Shown: positions 48,700 through 59,459, counted from the stretch's first letter. The stretch is DNA of 64,000 bases from Pontiella sp. (GCA_050290185.1 JBNKHE010000007.1:160001-224000); one strand, 5' to 3'. A program made the numbers and translations. The notes: a model not told the origin generated them from the sequence alone.

Positions 48700-49808
48700 T
48701 ATTTATATTCCTTCATTAAGTCGATGAATTCCTCGAAGAGGTAGAACGGGTCGTGCGGGCCGGGGGCCGCTTCTGGGTGGTACTGCACACAGAAGAGCGG
48801 CTGCTGCTTATGCTTGAGGCCGGCAACGGTATTGTCGTTGAGGTTGATATGCGTAATCTCGGCCACGTCCGTATTGACGGAGTCGGCATCGATGCAGAAT
48901 CCGTGGTTATGCGAAGCGATTTCCACCTTGGTCGTACGTAGATCCTGAATCGGTTGGTTGCCGCCACGGTGTCCGAACTTGAGCTTATAGGATTTAGCGC
49001 CGAGCGCTAATCCGAGCATCTGATGGCCGAAGCAGATGCCGAACATGGGGCGCTTGGATTCAATAAGGTCGCCGACCAGTTTGGTGATGTTTGGCGCTCC
49101 GGCTGGATCGCCGGGACCATTGGAGACAAATATGCCGTCCGGCTTGGCAACGAGAATTTCCTCGGCAGGGGTCGTATTCGGATAAACCGTACATTCGCAA
49201 CCGAGCTGGTCCAAAATGCGTAACTGGTTAAGTTTGATGCCGCAGTCGATGACGGCCACCTTGAGTGCGGCATCCGCTTTGCCGCCTTCAGGCCAGAGAT
49301 ACTTTTCGGCGATGGTGACTTCGGTGGAGAGGTCGCGGCCAACCAATCCATCCGAGGCCTTGGCTTTGGCAACCAGGCTCTCTTTATCAAGATCGTCGGT
49401 GGAAACCACGCACTTCATCGCCCCTTTGTCGCGGATGTGCAGGGTAATGGCGCGGGTGTCAACTTGATCCACGCCAATCTTGCCGTTTTCTTCGAGATAC
49501 TCGGGCAATGATTTGGTTGCCCGCCAATTGCTGTAGATTCGTGAACATTCGCCCACGACAAGCCCCTCGGCGAAGATGCCGCGCGACTCGGCGTCCTCGT
49601 CATTGATGCCGTAGTTGCCGATCAACGGGTAGGTCATCGTGACGATCTGGCCGTGGTAGGAGGGGTCGGTCAGAATCTCCTGATAGCCGGTCATGGACGT
49701 GTTGAAAACCAGCTCTCCGTAGAACTCACCCGACCCTGCGAATGCCCGTCCTTCGAAGCAGGTACCATCCTCGAGTGCAATAATCGCTTTTTTCATAGTT
49801 TTTCCCAT
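48699..49808 (-). CDS. carA: Carbamoyl-phosphate synthase small subunit
   Basis: FNTSMTGYQE..TDPSY, SNGPGDP, GICFGHQ and QYHPEA motifs. Confidence 0.98.
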   Translation of the reverse strand: MGKTMKKAIIALEDGTCFEGRAFAGSGEFYGELVFNTSMTGYQEILTDPSYHGQIVTMTYPLIGNYGINDEDAESRGIFAEGLVVGECSRIYSNWRATKSLPEYLEENGKIGVDQVDTRAITLHIRDKGAMKCVVSTDDLDKESLVAKAKASDGLVGRDLSTEVTIAEKYLWPEGGKADAALKVAVIDCGIKLNQLRILDQLGCECTVYPNTTPAEEILVAKPDGIFVSNGPGDPAGAPNITKLVGDLIESKRPMFGICFGHQMLGLALGAKSYKLKFGHRGGNQPIQDLRTTKVEIASHNHGFCIDADSVNTDVAEITHINLNDNTVAGLKHKQQPLFCVQYHPEAAPGPHDPFYLFEEFIDLMKEYK

Positions 49809-50139
49809 AAAATGACGTTCTTCCGAAAGCAGTTCTGTACAAAATTCGGGATATCATCCATGTCCGGTGCACCCCTTGCAATCATTTATGTGGGTGAAAT
49901 GATGAAACGCCTTGTTTGCACCCGAATTTGTTGAAATATGGGTGCTGTACGAATTGGTCAAAGAGACGGATGCAACATTCATCGCGGTGCCAGCGGTATG
50001 GGGATATACCATATGCCGATACGAGCGATCACATTTTAGGTATAATAAATTATTGGTGTCCTTGACTCTGGAAAGTACTCGGTTAAATATAGATTGTTTT
50101 TTGTGTAAATTGATGTTTATCAAAGAAGGAGAAACGAGA

Positions 50140-52893
50140 ATGGCTCAGAAAAAATATGTCTACTTCTACGGAGTTTCAAAGGAGCTCACAGAAGGCGATA
50201 GCAGTATGAAGGCAGTCCTTGGCGGCAAGGGTGCCAACCTGGCGGAAATGGCAAATGCAAATCTTCCGGTACCTCCCGGATTGACCATCTCCACCGAGGC
50301 TTGTGCCTACTATTCCAAAACCGGGGGGAAATATGCTCCGGAAATGGAACAACAGCTGACAGCGCAGCTCAAGAAGCTGGAAAAGAATATGGGCAAGAAG
50401 CTCGGCGACCCGAAGGATCCGCTGCTCGTGTCTGTCCGTTCCGGCGCCGCCGTCTCCATGCCCGGCATGATGGATACTGTTCTCAACCTTGGCCTGACCG
50501 ACAAATCCGTACTCGGCTTCATCGAGCAATGCGGTAACGAGCGCACCGGCTGGGACTGCTACCGTCGCTTTATCGATATGTTCGGCGACGTGGTGATGGG
50601 GCCCTATACCGGTCTGACCCATCATGATTTCGAAGTTGAACTCGAAGCCATCAAGAAAAAGTACAAGGCCGCGGAAGACACGGATCTGACAGCAGAACAG
50701 CTGAAGGAACTGGTGGACATCTATAAAAAGGTCTACAAAAACAAGGTGAAAAAGCCGTTCCCGCAGGATCCGATGGAACAGCTTGACCTCTCCATCCGCG
50801 CCGTATTCGGCTCGTGGAACTCCGAGCGTGCCGAAAAATACCGTCAGATCAACAAGATCAACGGTCTGCTCGGCACCGCCGTGAATATCTGCACCATGGT
50901 CTTCGGGAACATGGGTGAAAAATCCGGCACAGGCGTTGCCTTTACCCGCGATGGCGGAACCGGACACAGTCAGCCAATGGGTGAATACCTGATCGATGCT
51001 CAGGGTGAAGATGTTGTGGCCGGCATTCGTACACCGAAACACCTTGATGATATGCCGAACGAGGAATCCACGGTCTGGGCGAAAGCCTATGCCGATCTGC
51101 AGAAGATCATGGCCCGTCTTGAGAAGCACTATAAATATCCGCAGGACGTGGAGTTTACGGTTCAGGAAGGCAAACTCTTCATGCTTCAGACCCGTAATGC
51201 CAAGCGTACTGGTTTGGCCGGCGTTCGCTGGGCGGTGGAAATGGCCACCGGCAAGGATGTCTTTACCGGCGAGAGCCAACCGAAGATTCTGACGCAGAAG
51301 GAAGCTCTCATGACGCTTACAGGCGACGATCTCGAACAGCTGTTGTTCCCGATCTTCGATATCGCTGCGGAAAAGAAGGCCAAGCAGATTACTTCCGGGT
51401 TGCCGGCTGGGCCGGGCGCTGCCGTGGGCAAGATCATGTTTGAGGCGGAAGATGCCGAGGCCGCCATTAAGAAAAATGCAGATGAAAAAATTATTCTGGT
51501 TCGGCATGAAACCAGCCCCGAAGATGTGGGCGGCATGTGGGCTGCGCAGGGGGTATTGACCTCTACCGGTGGCATGACTTCCCACGCGGCGGTTGTTGCC
51601 CGTGGCTGGGGTAAGTGCTGCATCTGTGGTGCGGGCTCCTTGAAGATCGACTATAAGAAGAAAGCGGTCACGATTGGAAACAAGGTCTACAAGCAGGGCG
51701 ACTGGATCAGTCTGAACGGTTCCACCGGAGCGGTCTATGCCGGTCAGATCCCGACGCAGGTCAGCCCGGTGGTATCTGCCGTCGTCGACGGCAAGGCCGC
51801 GGCCAAGAAGGATCCGATCTTCAAAATGTATGAACAGGTCTCCAAGTGGTCCGACAGCAACCGTACCATTAATGTTCGCACTAATGCCGATACGCCGAGC
51901 GACTCCAAGGCCGCCCGTGCATTCGGTGCAGAAGGCATCGGCCTGTGCCGTACCGAGCACATGTTCTTCGAGGGCGACCGCATCTGGGCGATCCGCGAGT
52001 TCATTCTGGCCGAGGACGAAAAAGCTCGCAAGGGTGCATTGGCCAAGTTGCTGAAGCACCAGCAGAAGGACTTTGAAGGTATCTTCAAGGCGATGGATGG
52101 TCTTCCTGTAACAGTGCGTCTGCTCGATCCGCCGTTGCACGAATTCGTGCCGCACACCAAGAAGGACCAGCAGGAAATGGCCAAGCGTTTAGGCGTGCCG
52201 CTGAAAAAGGTTACGGATCGCGTACAGGAACTGCACGAGTTCAATCCGATGCTTGGGCATCGTGGCTGCCGCCTGTCGATCACCTATCCTGAACTCTGCG
52301 TCATGCAGACCCAGGCGATTATCGGAGCGGCCTGCAAGGTGGCCAAGGCCAAGAAAGCCGTCAAGGTGCTGCCGGAAATCATGATTCCGCTCATCGGAAC
52401 CAAGGCCGAGCTGGACTTTCTCGAAAAGATTGTCCGCGAGCAGGCGGAGGCGGTCATTGAGAAGACCGGCGCCAAGGTTAAGTACATGGTGGGTACCATG
52501 ATCGAGATTCCGCGTGCCGCCCTGACGGCCGACGAAATTGCCGAGACTGCCGAGTTCTTCAGCTTCGGCACCAACGATCTGACCCAGATGACCTTCGGTT
52601 ACAGCCGCGACGACATCGGTTCGTTCCTGCCTGACTACCTGAATGAAAAGATTCTTCCGTCGGATCCCTTCCAGCACCTCGATCAGACCGGAGTGGGTCA
52701 GCTCGTTAAGCTGGGGGTAAAGCGCGGTCGCGAAACACGTCCGGATCTCAAGTGCGGGATCTGTGGTGAACATGGTGGTGACCCGGAAAGCGTGAAGTTC
52801 TGCGTCAAGGCGGGACTGAACTATGTGAGTTGCTCGCCGTACCGGGTGCCGATTGCCCGGCTTGCCGCAGCGCAGGCGGCTATCAAGGGCTAA
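50140..52893 (+). CDS. ppdK: Pyruvate, phosphate dikinase
   Basis: LGGKGANLAEM, SMPGMMDT, GGMTSHAAVVARG and GICGEHGG motifs; ATG 50140 after AAGGAG. Confidence 0.98.
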   Translation: MAQKKYVYFYGVSKELTEGDSSMKAVLGGKGANLAEMANANLPVPPGLTISTEACAYYSKTGGKYAPEMEQQLTAQLKKLEKNMGKKLGDPKDPLLVSVRSGAAVSMPGMMDTVLNLGLTDKSVLGFIEQCGNERTGWDCYRRFIDMFGDVVMGPYTGLTHHDFEVELEAIKKKYKAAEDTDLTAEQLKELVDIYKKVYKNKVKKPFPQDPMEQLDLSIRAVFGSWNSERAEKYRQINKINGLLGTAVNICTMVFGNMGEKSGTGVAFTRDGGTGHSQPMGEYLIDAQGEDVVAGIRTPKHLDDMPNEESTVWAKAYADLQKIMARLEKHYKYPQDVEFTVQEGKLFMLQTRNAKRTGLAGVRWAVEMATGKDVFTGESQPKILTQKEALMTLTGDDLEQLLFPIFDIAAEKKAKQITSGLPAGPGAAVGKIMFEAEDAEAAIKKNADEKIILVRHETSPEDVGGMWAAQGVLTSTGGMTSHAAVVARGWGKCCICGAGSLKIDYKKKAVTIGNKVYKQGDWISLNGSTGAVYAGQIPTQVSPVVSAVVDGKAAAKKDPIFKMYEQVSKWSDSNRTINVRTNADTPSDSKAARAFGAEGIGLCRTEHMFFEGDRIWAIREFILAEDEKARKGALAKLLKHQQKDFEGIFKAMDGLPVTVRLLDPPLHEFVPHTKKDQQEMAKRLGVPLKKVTDRVQELHEFNPMLGHRGCRLSITYPELCVMQTQAIIGAACKVAKAKKAVKVLPEIMIPLIGTKAELDFLEKIVREQAEAVIEKTGAKVKYMVGTMIEIPRAALTADEIAETAEFFSFGTNDLTQMTFGYSRDDIGSFLPDYLNEKILPSDPFQHLDQTGVGQLVKLGVKRGRETRPDLKCGICGEHGGDPESVKFCVKAGLNYVSCSPYRVPIARLAAAQAAIKG

Positions 52894-52909
52894 GGCTCTT
52901 GCTGGCAAC

Positions 52910-52940
52910 AAAAAAGCCCGTCTTCGTGACGGGCTTTTTT
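52910..52940. terminator. Bidirectional terminator
   Basis: aaaaagcccgtc-ttcgt-gacgggcttttt. Confidence 0.88.
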
Positions 52941-52984
52941 ATTGTCGGCGTCCCGGAAATATTCGGAACCATGTATTTCATGGG

Positions 52985-53956
52985 TTACTCGGCATAGCCA
53001 TTCGGATGGGCCTGATGCCAGTCCCAGGCGCTTTGCACGATCTCCTTCAGATCGGCATGCTTCGGATCCCAGCCGAGTACGGTTTTTGCCTTCGTTGCAT
53101 CGGCCACCAGCGCCGTGCAGTCGCCCGGGCGGCGTGGCTGGCTTTCGGAGGGGATCGGGTGTCCGGTCACTTCCCGGCAGACATCGATGACTTCCTTGAC
53201 GGTGTATCCGTCGCCATTGCCGAGGTTGAATGCACCGGAGATGCCGGGCTTAAGCGCCAGGATGTGCGCCTGGGCGAGATCCTTGATATGGATGTAGTCG
53301 CGCACGCAGGTGCCGTCGCGGGTTTCGTAGTCTTCACCAAAGATGAAGATCTTCTCGCGCTTGCCCTGGGCAACCTGCAGCAACAGCGGAATCAGGTGGC
53401 TTTCGGGGTTGTGGGCTTCGCCGTATTGCTCGGTCGCGCCGCAGGCGTTGAAGTAGCGTAGAAAGACGGAATCGATCCCATGGATTTTTTGTCCCCACGA
53501 GAAGATCTTTTCGCAGAGGTATTTTGATTCGCCGTAAACCGATTCCGGCTTCTGCGGCAGGGTTTCGTCCATCGGCATTCGGTCGGGCGTACCATAAGTG
53601 GCGCAGGTGGAGGAGAAGATCAGTTTCTTGCAGCCGGACTCGACCATGGCGCTCATCAGATTGAGCGAGCCGCTCACATTGTTCTCGAAGAAGGGCATCG
53701 GTTCCCTCATCGATTCGCCGACTTCGATGTACGCCGCAAAATGAATGACGGCATCGGGGCGTTCAGCGAGCAGGGCGCTTTTGATGTCTTCCTTGTAGCG
53801 GAGGTCGCCCTGCATGAATTTTGCGCGGGGATCGACGGCCGGTTGGTATCCGCGTTCCAGATTGTCGAATACGACCACATCATGCCCTTCATCGCAGAGC
53901 ATCTGGGTGGTAACACTTCCGATATAGCCGGCTCCGCCGGCAACAAGTACTTTCAT
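52985..53956 (-). CDS. galE: UDP-glucose 4-epimerase
   Basis: GGAGYIGS, HFAA, YGESK, LRYFN and RDYIH motifs. Confidence 0.96.
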   Translation of the reverse strand: MKVLVAGGAGYIGSVTTQMLCDEGHDVVVFDNLERGYQPAVDPRAKFMQGDLRYKEDIKSALLAERPDAVIHFAAYIEVGESMREPMPFFENNVSGSLNLMSAMVESGCKKLIFSSTCATYGTPDRMPMDETLPQKPESVYGESKYLCEKIFSWGQKIHGIDSVFLRYFNACGATEQYGEAHNPESHLIPLLLQVAQGKREKIFIFGEDYETRDGTCVRDYIHIKDLAQAHILALKPGISGAFNLGNGDGYTVKEVIDVCREVTGHPIPSESQPRRPGDCTALVADATKAKTVLGWDPKHADLKEIVQSAWDWHQAHPNGYAE

Positions 53957-53967
53957 GATTCTCCTTT

Positions 53968-54022
53968 CGTGAGGCCTGAAACGTGAGCCGAGATATTCAC
54001 GGTTCAATCGTCACTCGTCACG
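53968..54022. repeat. REP-like palindrome with cgtga/tcacg units (related element near 39294-39338)
   Basis: cgtgag...cgtgag on the left and tcacg...tcac...tcacg on the right, in the galK-galE gap. Confidence 0.5.
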
Positions 54023-54024
54023 GA

Positions 54025-55191
54025 TTATTTTACAATGGTTGCGCCGGCAGAAGGAATAATGACTTCCGCTGTGGGATGCAGACCCTGGGCTTTGCAGGTT
54101 TCAATGATTTTTTCGCAGATGGCGTTCGCATTTCTTTCGTGGACCAATGCGATGGCGCTTCCTCCCCAGCCGCCGCCGGACAGGCGGGCGCCAAGGGCGC
54201 CGGCTTCGCGGGCTGCTTCAACGACAATGTCGAGCTCTTCGCAGGAGTTTTCAAACGCCGTGCGCGAGGTTTCGTGCGAGTCGAAAAGGAATTGGCCGAA
54301 TTGCTCCAGTTTACCTTCCTCCAGAAGCTTAACGCCCTCCTCAACGCGATGGATTTCGCCCACAACATGCGTAGCGCGTTGGGCGGCTTCCGGATCGAGC
54401 TGTCCCTTGAGCGCTTCGAAATCTTCAAATTTGATATCGCGCAGGGCCTTGACTTCGTAGTCGACCAGCTCATTCAGCTCGGCGGCGGCTTTTTCGCAGC
54501 TTTTACGGCGTGCGTTGTAGGGCGATTCCGCCAAGGCATGTTTGACGTGCGGGTTGATCATCAGGAAAACGACATCGGCGGGCAGCTTGACCGGAAAGGT
54601 TTCGAGCGTACGGAAGTCAGAGTGGATTAGGCCGTGATGGATGCCGAAGATGCTGGAAAACTGGTCGAGCAGGCCGCAGCTGCAACCGGCAAAATCGTGC
54701 TCCGCCTTTTGCCCGGCTTTCGCGATCTCGATCTTATCAACTTCCTTGCCGGTATAGGCCAGTACGGCGTAGGCGGTGGCCACCTCAAGAGCGGCCGAGC
54801 TGGAAAGTCCGGCGCCCATCGGTATGGAGCCGAGGAATGTGCAGTCGATTCCGTCCACTTCTACCCCATGTGCCCGGAGGAAAAAGATGACGCCCTTTAC
54901 GTAGTTGGCCCACTGGAATTTCTTTTCCAGCGGTTCGTCGTTGGTAGGATCGAATTCTGCAGTGGCGGGGATATCCCCGGCCGTCAGGCGGACACCCGTT
55001 TTGTCCGATTTCGAAATGCAGAAGCAATGCCCCATGTTGATGGCGCACGAGAAAGTGGTGCCTTCGTTGTAGTCCGTGTGATTGCCCAGCACCTCGATAC
55101 GTCCCGGTGCATAAGCGACCGTGGTGGGTTCCGTTCCATAGGTTTTTGTGTGGATGGCTATGGCTTCATTCACAACATTCTTGTCGTACAT
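54025..55191 (-). CDS. galK: Galactokinase
   Basis: APGR...G.HTDYN, GAGLSSSAA, CG.LDQ and GARLSGGGWGG motifs. Confidence 0.95.
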   Translation of the reverse strand: MYDKNVVNEAIAIHTKTYGTEPTTVAYAPGRIEVLGNHTDYNEGTTFSCAINMGHCFCISKSDKTGVRLTAGDIPATAEFDPTNDEPLEKKFQWANYVKGVIFFLRAHGVEVDGIDCTFLGSIPMGAGLSSSAALEVATAYAVLAYTGKEVDKIEIAKAGQKAEHDFAGCSCGLLDQFSSIFGIHHGLIHSDFRTLETFPVKLPADVVFLMINPHVKHALAESPYNARRKSCEKAAAELNELVDYEVKALRDIKFEDFEALKGQLDPEAAQRATHVVGEIHRVEEGVKLLEEGKLEQFGQFLFDSHETSRTAFENSCEELDIVVEAAREAGALGARLSGGGWGGSAIALVHERNANAICEKIIETCKAQGLHPTAEVIIPSAGATIVK

Positions 55192-55277
55192 ATCAGTCCC
55201 TCCCCGATAGATTTATTATGAGTGTTCTAATGTAGGGGATAGTGCTAGGTAAATCCATGGGTTAAACGCGCAAAGAC

Positions 55278-56156
55278 ATGGACAAACAGTGCAATAACTG
55301 CATTAATATCCATATGTTTAGTTTGATGCACTATAAAATAAGCCAAAAAGTATCCGATATTTTTGACCTGTATACGGAGCTGCACGATATCCGTATCTCG
55401 CTGTTCAGTCCGGAAGGGACTCTGGTTTACCCGGATGAGGTAGGAAGGCCTAATTGCCGGCATTGCACGATGTTGCGGGAAGACCTGCGCATGGATTCAA
55501 AATGCCGGGCGCTGGATCGGAAAATGATGGATGCCTCATTGAAGCGCCGTGGTATGGTTACCTATACCTGCCATGCAGGCATGCATGAGGCCGCTGCACC
55601 GATTTTTGTGGGAGAGGATTTGGTCGGTTATGTCATGCTTGGCCAGTTTCGGAGCGGGACCGCGCCGGAACGTTCTCCCTACGCGGACGAATGGGAACGC
55701 GCCCAGGGAAATACGGATCTGCAGGTGGCCTATGCTCAAACGGCCGTATTCCCGGAGCAAAAAATCGAGACCCTGTTGTCCATGTTTCAACACCTGTTGG
55801 AGTTTATTGTTGAAAGCCATCTGATCCGGCACAAGGACTATGATCTGCTCGGTCCTGTGATAAAGCGGATTCAACAGCAACCTGACGGGGAGTTTTCGTT
55901 GGATGAGGCTTCCCGCATGGTGGGAAGAAGTCCCTCTACGGTGACGCGCCTGTTCAAAAAGGTGACTGGATTGAGCTTTAAGCAATATCAAACGGAATAT
56001 CGGATGCACCAGGCGGCAACGATGCTGAAAGCCATGCCGAACCGTCCGGTGGCTGAAATTGCGCGGGTACTTGGCTACGAAGATCCGCTCTACTTTTCGC
56101 GGGCTTTCAACCGTTATTACAAATGTTCGCCATCGATTTACCGGAAGGAACGTTGA
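55278..56156 (+). CDS. AraC family regulator with PocR ligand-binding domain
   Basis: C..C...C...D...YTCHAG...GYVMLGQ N-domain; C-terminal AraC HTH GYEDPLYFSR. Start uncertain. Confidence 0.9.
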   Translation: MDKQCNNCINIHMFSLMHYKISQKVSDIFDLYTELHDIRISLFSPEGTLVYPDEVGRPNCRHCTMLREDLRMDSKCRALDRKMMDASLKRRGMVTYTCHAGMHEAAAPIFVGEDLVGYVMLGQFRSGTAPERSPYADEWERAQGNTDLQVAYAQTAVFPEQKIETLLSMFQHLLEFIVESHLIRHKDYDLLGPVIKRIQQQPDGEFSLDEASRMVGRSPSTVTRLFKKVTGLSFKQYQTEYRMHQAATMLKAMPNRPVAEIARVLGYEDPLYFSRAFNRYYKCSPSIYRKER

Positions 56157-56243
56157 TTTCATAGCTGGAGAATCTATTAGGAATGGCTTGATCGAAGATG
56201 GGGGCCTTCTATAATCGCGCGCTTGTTAAATTAGGTGATTATT

Positions 56244-57644
56244 ATGGGAAAAACACTGTTTGAAAAAATCTGGGACCGGCATGTTGCCAAGGAACTTTCC
56301 GGCGACGAAGTCCTGCTCTATATCGACCGGCACCTCGTTCATGAAGTAACGAGTCCTCAGGCATTTGAAGGCCTCCGTTTGCATAACCGAAAGGTGCGCC
56401 ATCCTGAATTGACGTTTGCAACCACCGATCACAATGTCCCGACCGACAGCCGTACGGAAATTGTTGATCCGATTGCCAAGGCGCAGGTCGATGCGCTTCA
56501 ACGGAATTGCGAAGAAAACGGCATCACATTTTACGGGATGGAATCCGACAAGCAGGGGGTTGTGCATATCATCGGCCCGGAGCAGGGGATCACACTGCCC
56601 GGCACCACTATCGTATGCGGCGATTCGCATACCGCGACGCACGGTGCTTTCGGGGCGATCGCATTCGGCATCGGCACATCGGAAGTCGAACACGTTCTGG
56701 CCACACAGACGCTTCGCCAGAAAAAGCCGAAGCAATATAAGGTCGAATTCAAAGGCAAGATTCCGCTTGGCGTAACGGCCAAAGATCTGGTGCTCGCACT
56801 GATTGGCGAAGTAGGAACTGCGGGCGGAACCGGTTGCGCCTTCGAATTTTGCGGGGAGGCGATTGAGGCCATCTCCATGGAAGGCCGCCTTACCATCTGC
56901 AATATGGCCATTGAGGCCGGTGCGCGTTCCGGTCTGATTGCCCCTGACCAGACGACCATTGATTACATTACGGCAGAGGATCGTCCCTTTGCTCCGAAGG
57001 ATGAAGCCCTGGAGAAGGCCATTGAATACTGGAAGACCCTGTATTCGGACGAAGATGCCGTTTTTGATAAGACACTGGTTATCGATGTAGAGAAAATCGA
57101 ACCTCAGGTTACCTGGGGGACCAGTCCCGGCATGGTGACCGGCGTTAACCAACGCGTACCCGAGCTGGATGCCGTTCCGGAATACAGTCCGGAAGATGTA
57201 CGGTCTGCGCTCGACTATATGGGTTTGGAACCCGGCATGAAGATGACGGATATCAAGGTAGAAGCCGTATTTATCGGAAGCTGCACAAACGGCCGCATCG
57301 AAGACCTCCGCGAAGCCGCGAAGGTCATGGAAGGCAAGAAAGTGGCTGACGGCGTGCGTGTGCTGGTTGTGCCGGGCTCTGAGAAGGTGCGCTATCAAGC
57401 CGAGAAGGAACGTCTTGATCGCATCTTCCACGAAGCCGGGGCCGATTGGCGCTACGCCGGTTGCAGCATGTGTCTGGCCATGAATCCGGATAAACTGAAG
57501 ATGAAGGAACGTTGTGCGTCAACCTCGAACCGTAACTTCGAGGGGCGGCAGGGCCGGGGCGGACGTACGCATCTGGTCAGCCCGGCCATGGCGGCGGCGG
57601 CGGCCATTGCCGGACACTTTGTAGATGTAAGGGAGCTTGGATAA
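56244..57644 (+). CDS. leuC: 3-isopropylmalate dehydratase large subunit
   Basis: [22 protein letters not shown] and GCSMCLAMN motifs. Confidence 0.98.
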   Translation: MGKTLFEKIWDRHVAKELSGDEVLLYIDRHLVHEVTSPQAFEGLRLHNRKVRHPELTFATTDHNVPTDSRTEIVDPIAKAQVDALQRNCEENGITFYGMESDKQGVVHIIGPEQGITLPGTTIVCGDSHTATHGAFGAIAFGIGTSEVEHVLATQTLRQKKPKQYKVEFKGKIPLGVTAKDLVLALIGEVGTAGGTGCAFEFCGEAIEAISMEGRLTICNMAIEAGARSGLIAPDQTTIDYITAEDRPFAPKDEALEKAIEYWKTLYSDEDAVFDKTLVIDVEKIEPQVTWGTSPGMVTGVNQRVPELDAVPEYSPEDVRSALDYMGLEPGMKMTDIKVEAVFIGSCTNGRIEDLREAAKVMEGKKVADGVRVLVVPGSEKVRYQAEKERLDRIFHEAGADWRYAGCSMCLAMNPDKLKMKERCASTSNRNFEGRQGRGGRTHLVSPAMAAAAAIAGHFVDVRELG

Positions 57645-57646
57645 CG

Positions 57647-58279
57647 ATGGAAAAATTTAAAACATTCACGGGCGTAGTGTGTGCCGTAGATCGTGCAAAT
57701 ATCGATACGGATGCATTGATCCCGAAGGAACATCTCAAATCGATCAAGCGTACCGGATTCGGTCCGGCGCTCTTTTCCGACTGGCGCTACAAGGATGACG
57801 GCTCGGATAATTCCGATTTCATTCTGAACCAGCCGAAAACCCAGGGGGCATCGGTGCTCGTGGGCCGCAATAACTTTGGGTGCGGTTCAAGCCGCGAGCA
57901 TGCGGTATGGGCGGTGGCCCAGCAAGGGTTCAAGGTTGTGATTGCGCCGGCCGAGGGCGACATTCCGGCATTTGCCGATATTTTCAGAAACAACTGCGCG
58001 AAAAACGGCGTTTTGGCGATTCAGCTGACGAGTGGAGAGGTCGATCGGATCTTTGAATTGGCATCAGCCGATGAACCGCTTGAAGCGACCGTGGATCTTG
58101 AGCGTCAGAATGTTGCTTTCAAGCAATCCGGCGGCGATGTGGTTTTTTCTTTTGAAGTTGATCCGGCAGTGAAAGAAAAGCTGCTGCTTGGTTTGGATGA
58201 TATTGCGGAGTCACTGCTCTACGAATCCGACATTGCAGACTTTGAGACACGGCATGACACGCAGTTGCTCAATGCCTAG
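57647..58279 (+). CDS. leuD: 3-isopropylmalate dehydratase small subunit
   Basis: NIDTD and NFGCGSSREHA motifs. Confidence 0.97.
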   Translation: MEKFKTFTGVVCAVDRANIDTDALIPKEHLKSIKRTGFGPALFSDWRYKDDGSDNSDFILNQPKTQGASVLVGRNNFGCGSSREHAVWAVAQQGFKVVIAPAEGDIPAFADIFRNNCAKNGVLAIQLTSGEVDRIFELASADEPLEATVDLERQNVAFKQSGGDVVFSFEVDPAVKEKLLLGLDDIAESLLYESDIADFETRHDTQLLNA

Positions 58280-58314
58280 GCTTTCCTTTTCTTGAAGGGA
58301 TGGGTACAAGTAAG

Positions 58315-58341
58315 AGCTTCCGGTTTCCGGAAGCTTTTTTT
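58315..58341 (+). terminator. Terminator after leuCD
   Basis: agcttccgg-ttt-ccggaagct followed by a T tract. Confidence 0.8.
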
Positions 58342-58352
58342 GGTATGTGCGT

Positions 58353-59459
58353 ATGAAAAATTATCTGACTGCATCTATTTCCGAGTCCGCCGTTCGGCAC
58401 AATATTTCCATCCTCCGCAGCCAGATCGGTCCAGATGTTAAGCTATGTCCCGTGGTCAAGGATGATTGTTTCGGGCACGGAATGGACGTGCTCTATCCGG
58501 TGCTGGCCGAGCTGACCGATGGCTTTGCAGTGGCGGCTCCGCTGGAGGCTCTGGCCCTTCGGGCCAAGGGCTATCACGGATTTATCCTCTGTTTTCTGTC
58601 GGCTTATTTCGACGATTTCAAGGTGCAGGATGAACTCGTTTGGCAGGAAATTACGCAGACCGTGATGTCAAAATCCGCACTGGCCTCCATTGAAGCGGCG
58701 GCAAGGCGGGTCGGTAAAACGGCAAAGGTTCATCTGAAAGTGGATACAGGCATGGGGCGGCTGGGGGTTCCGGTCAAGCAGGCTCCGGATTTGATTGCGG
58801 CCATTCAGGCGTCCCCGCAAGTCGAGTTGTCCGGTATTTACACGCATTTCGCCACAGCCGATGAGCAGGACCGAACGGCGACGCAAAACCAGCTTGAACT
58901 CTTCAAGTCGATTCTTCCAGCGCGTGCGGGCCTGACGGTTCATACCGCAAATTCAGCGGCCACGATGGATTGGCCGGAAACTCATTTTGATATGGTTCGT
59001 CCGGGGATTGCAATCTATGGATGTCACCCTTCGGATCAACTGCGTAACCGGTTGGATTTAAAGCCTTGCATGTCGGTGAAGGCGAAGCTGATTGCTCTTA
59101 AGCATATGCTGGAAGGAAGCCGGAGCGGATATGGACTTACCCATCGATACCCGCGCGACAGCCGGGTGGGGATTGTTCCGATCGGCTATGGCGATGGATA
59201 TTTCCGATGCCTTTCGGGGAAGGCCGTGGTGCGGATCAATGGGCAGGATGCGCCGGTTTGCGGTCGCGTTTCAATGGACCAGATGACGGTGGATGTTTCA
59301 GATATTGAAGAGGTTAATGTGGGGGATGAGGTTGAGGTGATTTCCGCCGATCCTTTCGCTCCAAATAATGTCGAAAACCTGGCGCGTCTGGCGGATACAA
59401 TCCCTTATGAGATCACATGCCACCTCGGCCACAATATGCGCCATACGCTTGTGGACTAG
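58353..59459 (+). CDS. alr: Alanine racemase family protein
   Basis: VVK...GHG, KVDTGMGRLG, THFA, ANSAA, GYGDG, GRVSMDQ and TIPYE motifs. Confidence 0.92.
   Translation: MKNYLTASISESAVRHNISILRSQIGPDVKLCPVVKDDCFGHGMDVLYPVLAELTDGFAVAAPLEALALRAKGYHGFILCFLSAYFDDFKVQDELVWQEITQTVMSKSALASIEAAARRVGKTAKVHLKVDTGMGRLGVPVKQAPDLIAAIQASPQVELSGIYTHFATADEQDRTATQNQLELFKSILPARAGLTVHTANSAATMDWPETHFDMVRPGIAIYGCHPSDQLRNRLDLKPCMSVKAKLIALKHMLEGSRSGYGLTHRYPRDSRVGIVPIGYGDGYFRCLSGKAVVRINGQDAPVCGRVSMDQMTVDVSDIEEVNVGDEVEVISADPFAPNNVENLARLADTIPYEITCHLGHNMRHTLVD

Noticed and set aside
49810..49935. Riboswitch or attenuator upstream of carA
   Set aside because: Only a loose inverted match (aaattcggg / cccgaattt); no recognisable aptamer, PyrR site or terminator.
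49912..50139. N-terminal extension of PpdK from the ORF track
   Set aside because: ATG 50140 has a strong AAGGAG RBS and matches the normal PPDK start. Similar over-extended starts were trimmed for galE, ald, uvrC and the tail tip gene.
50176..52155. 659-aa antisense ORF (and similar long antisense ORFs over carB, leuC, argC, metK and the tape measure gene)
   Set aside because: Shadow frames of well-conserved genes in GC-rich, codon-biased DNA; no recognisable motifs.
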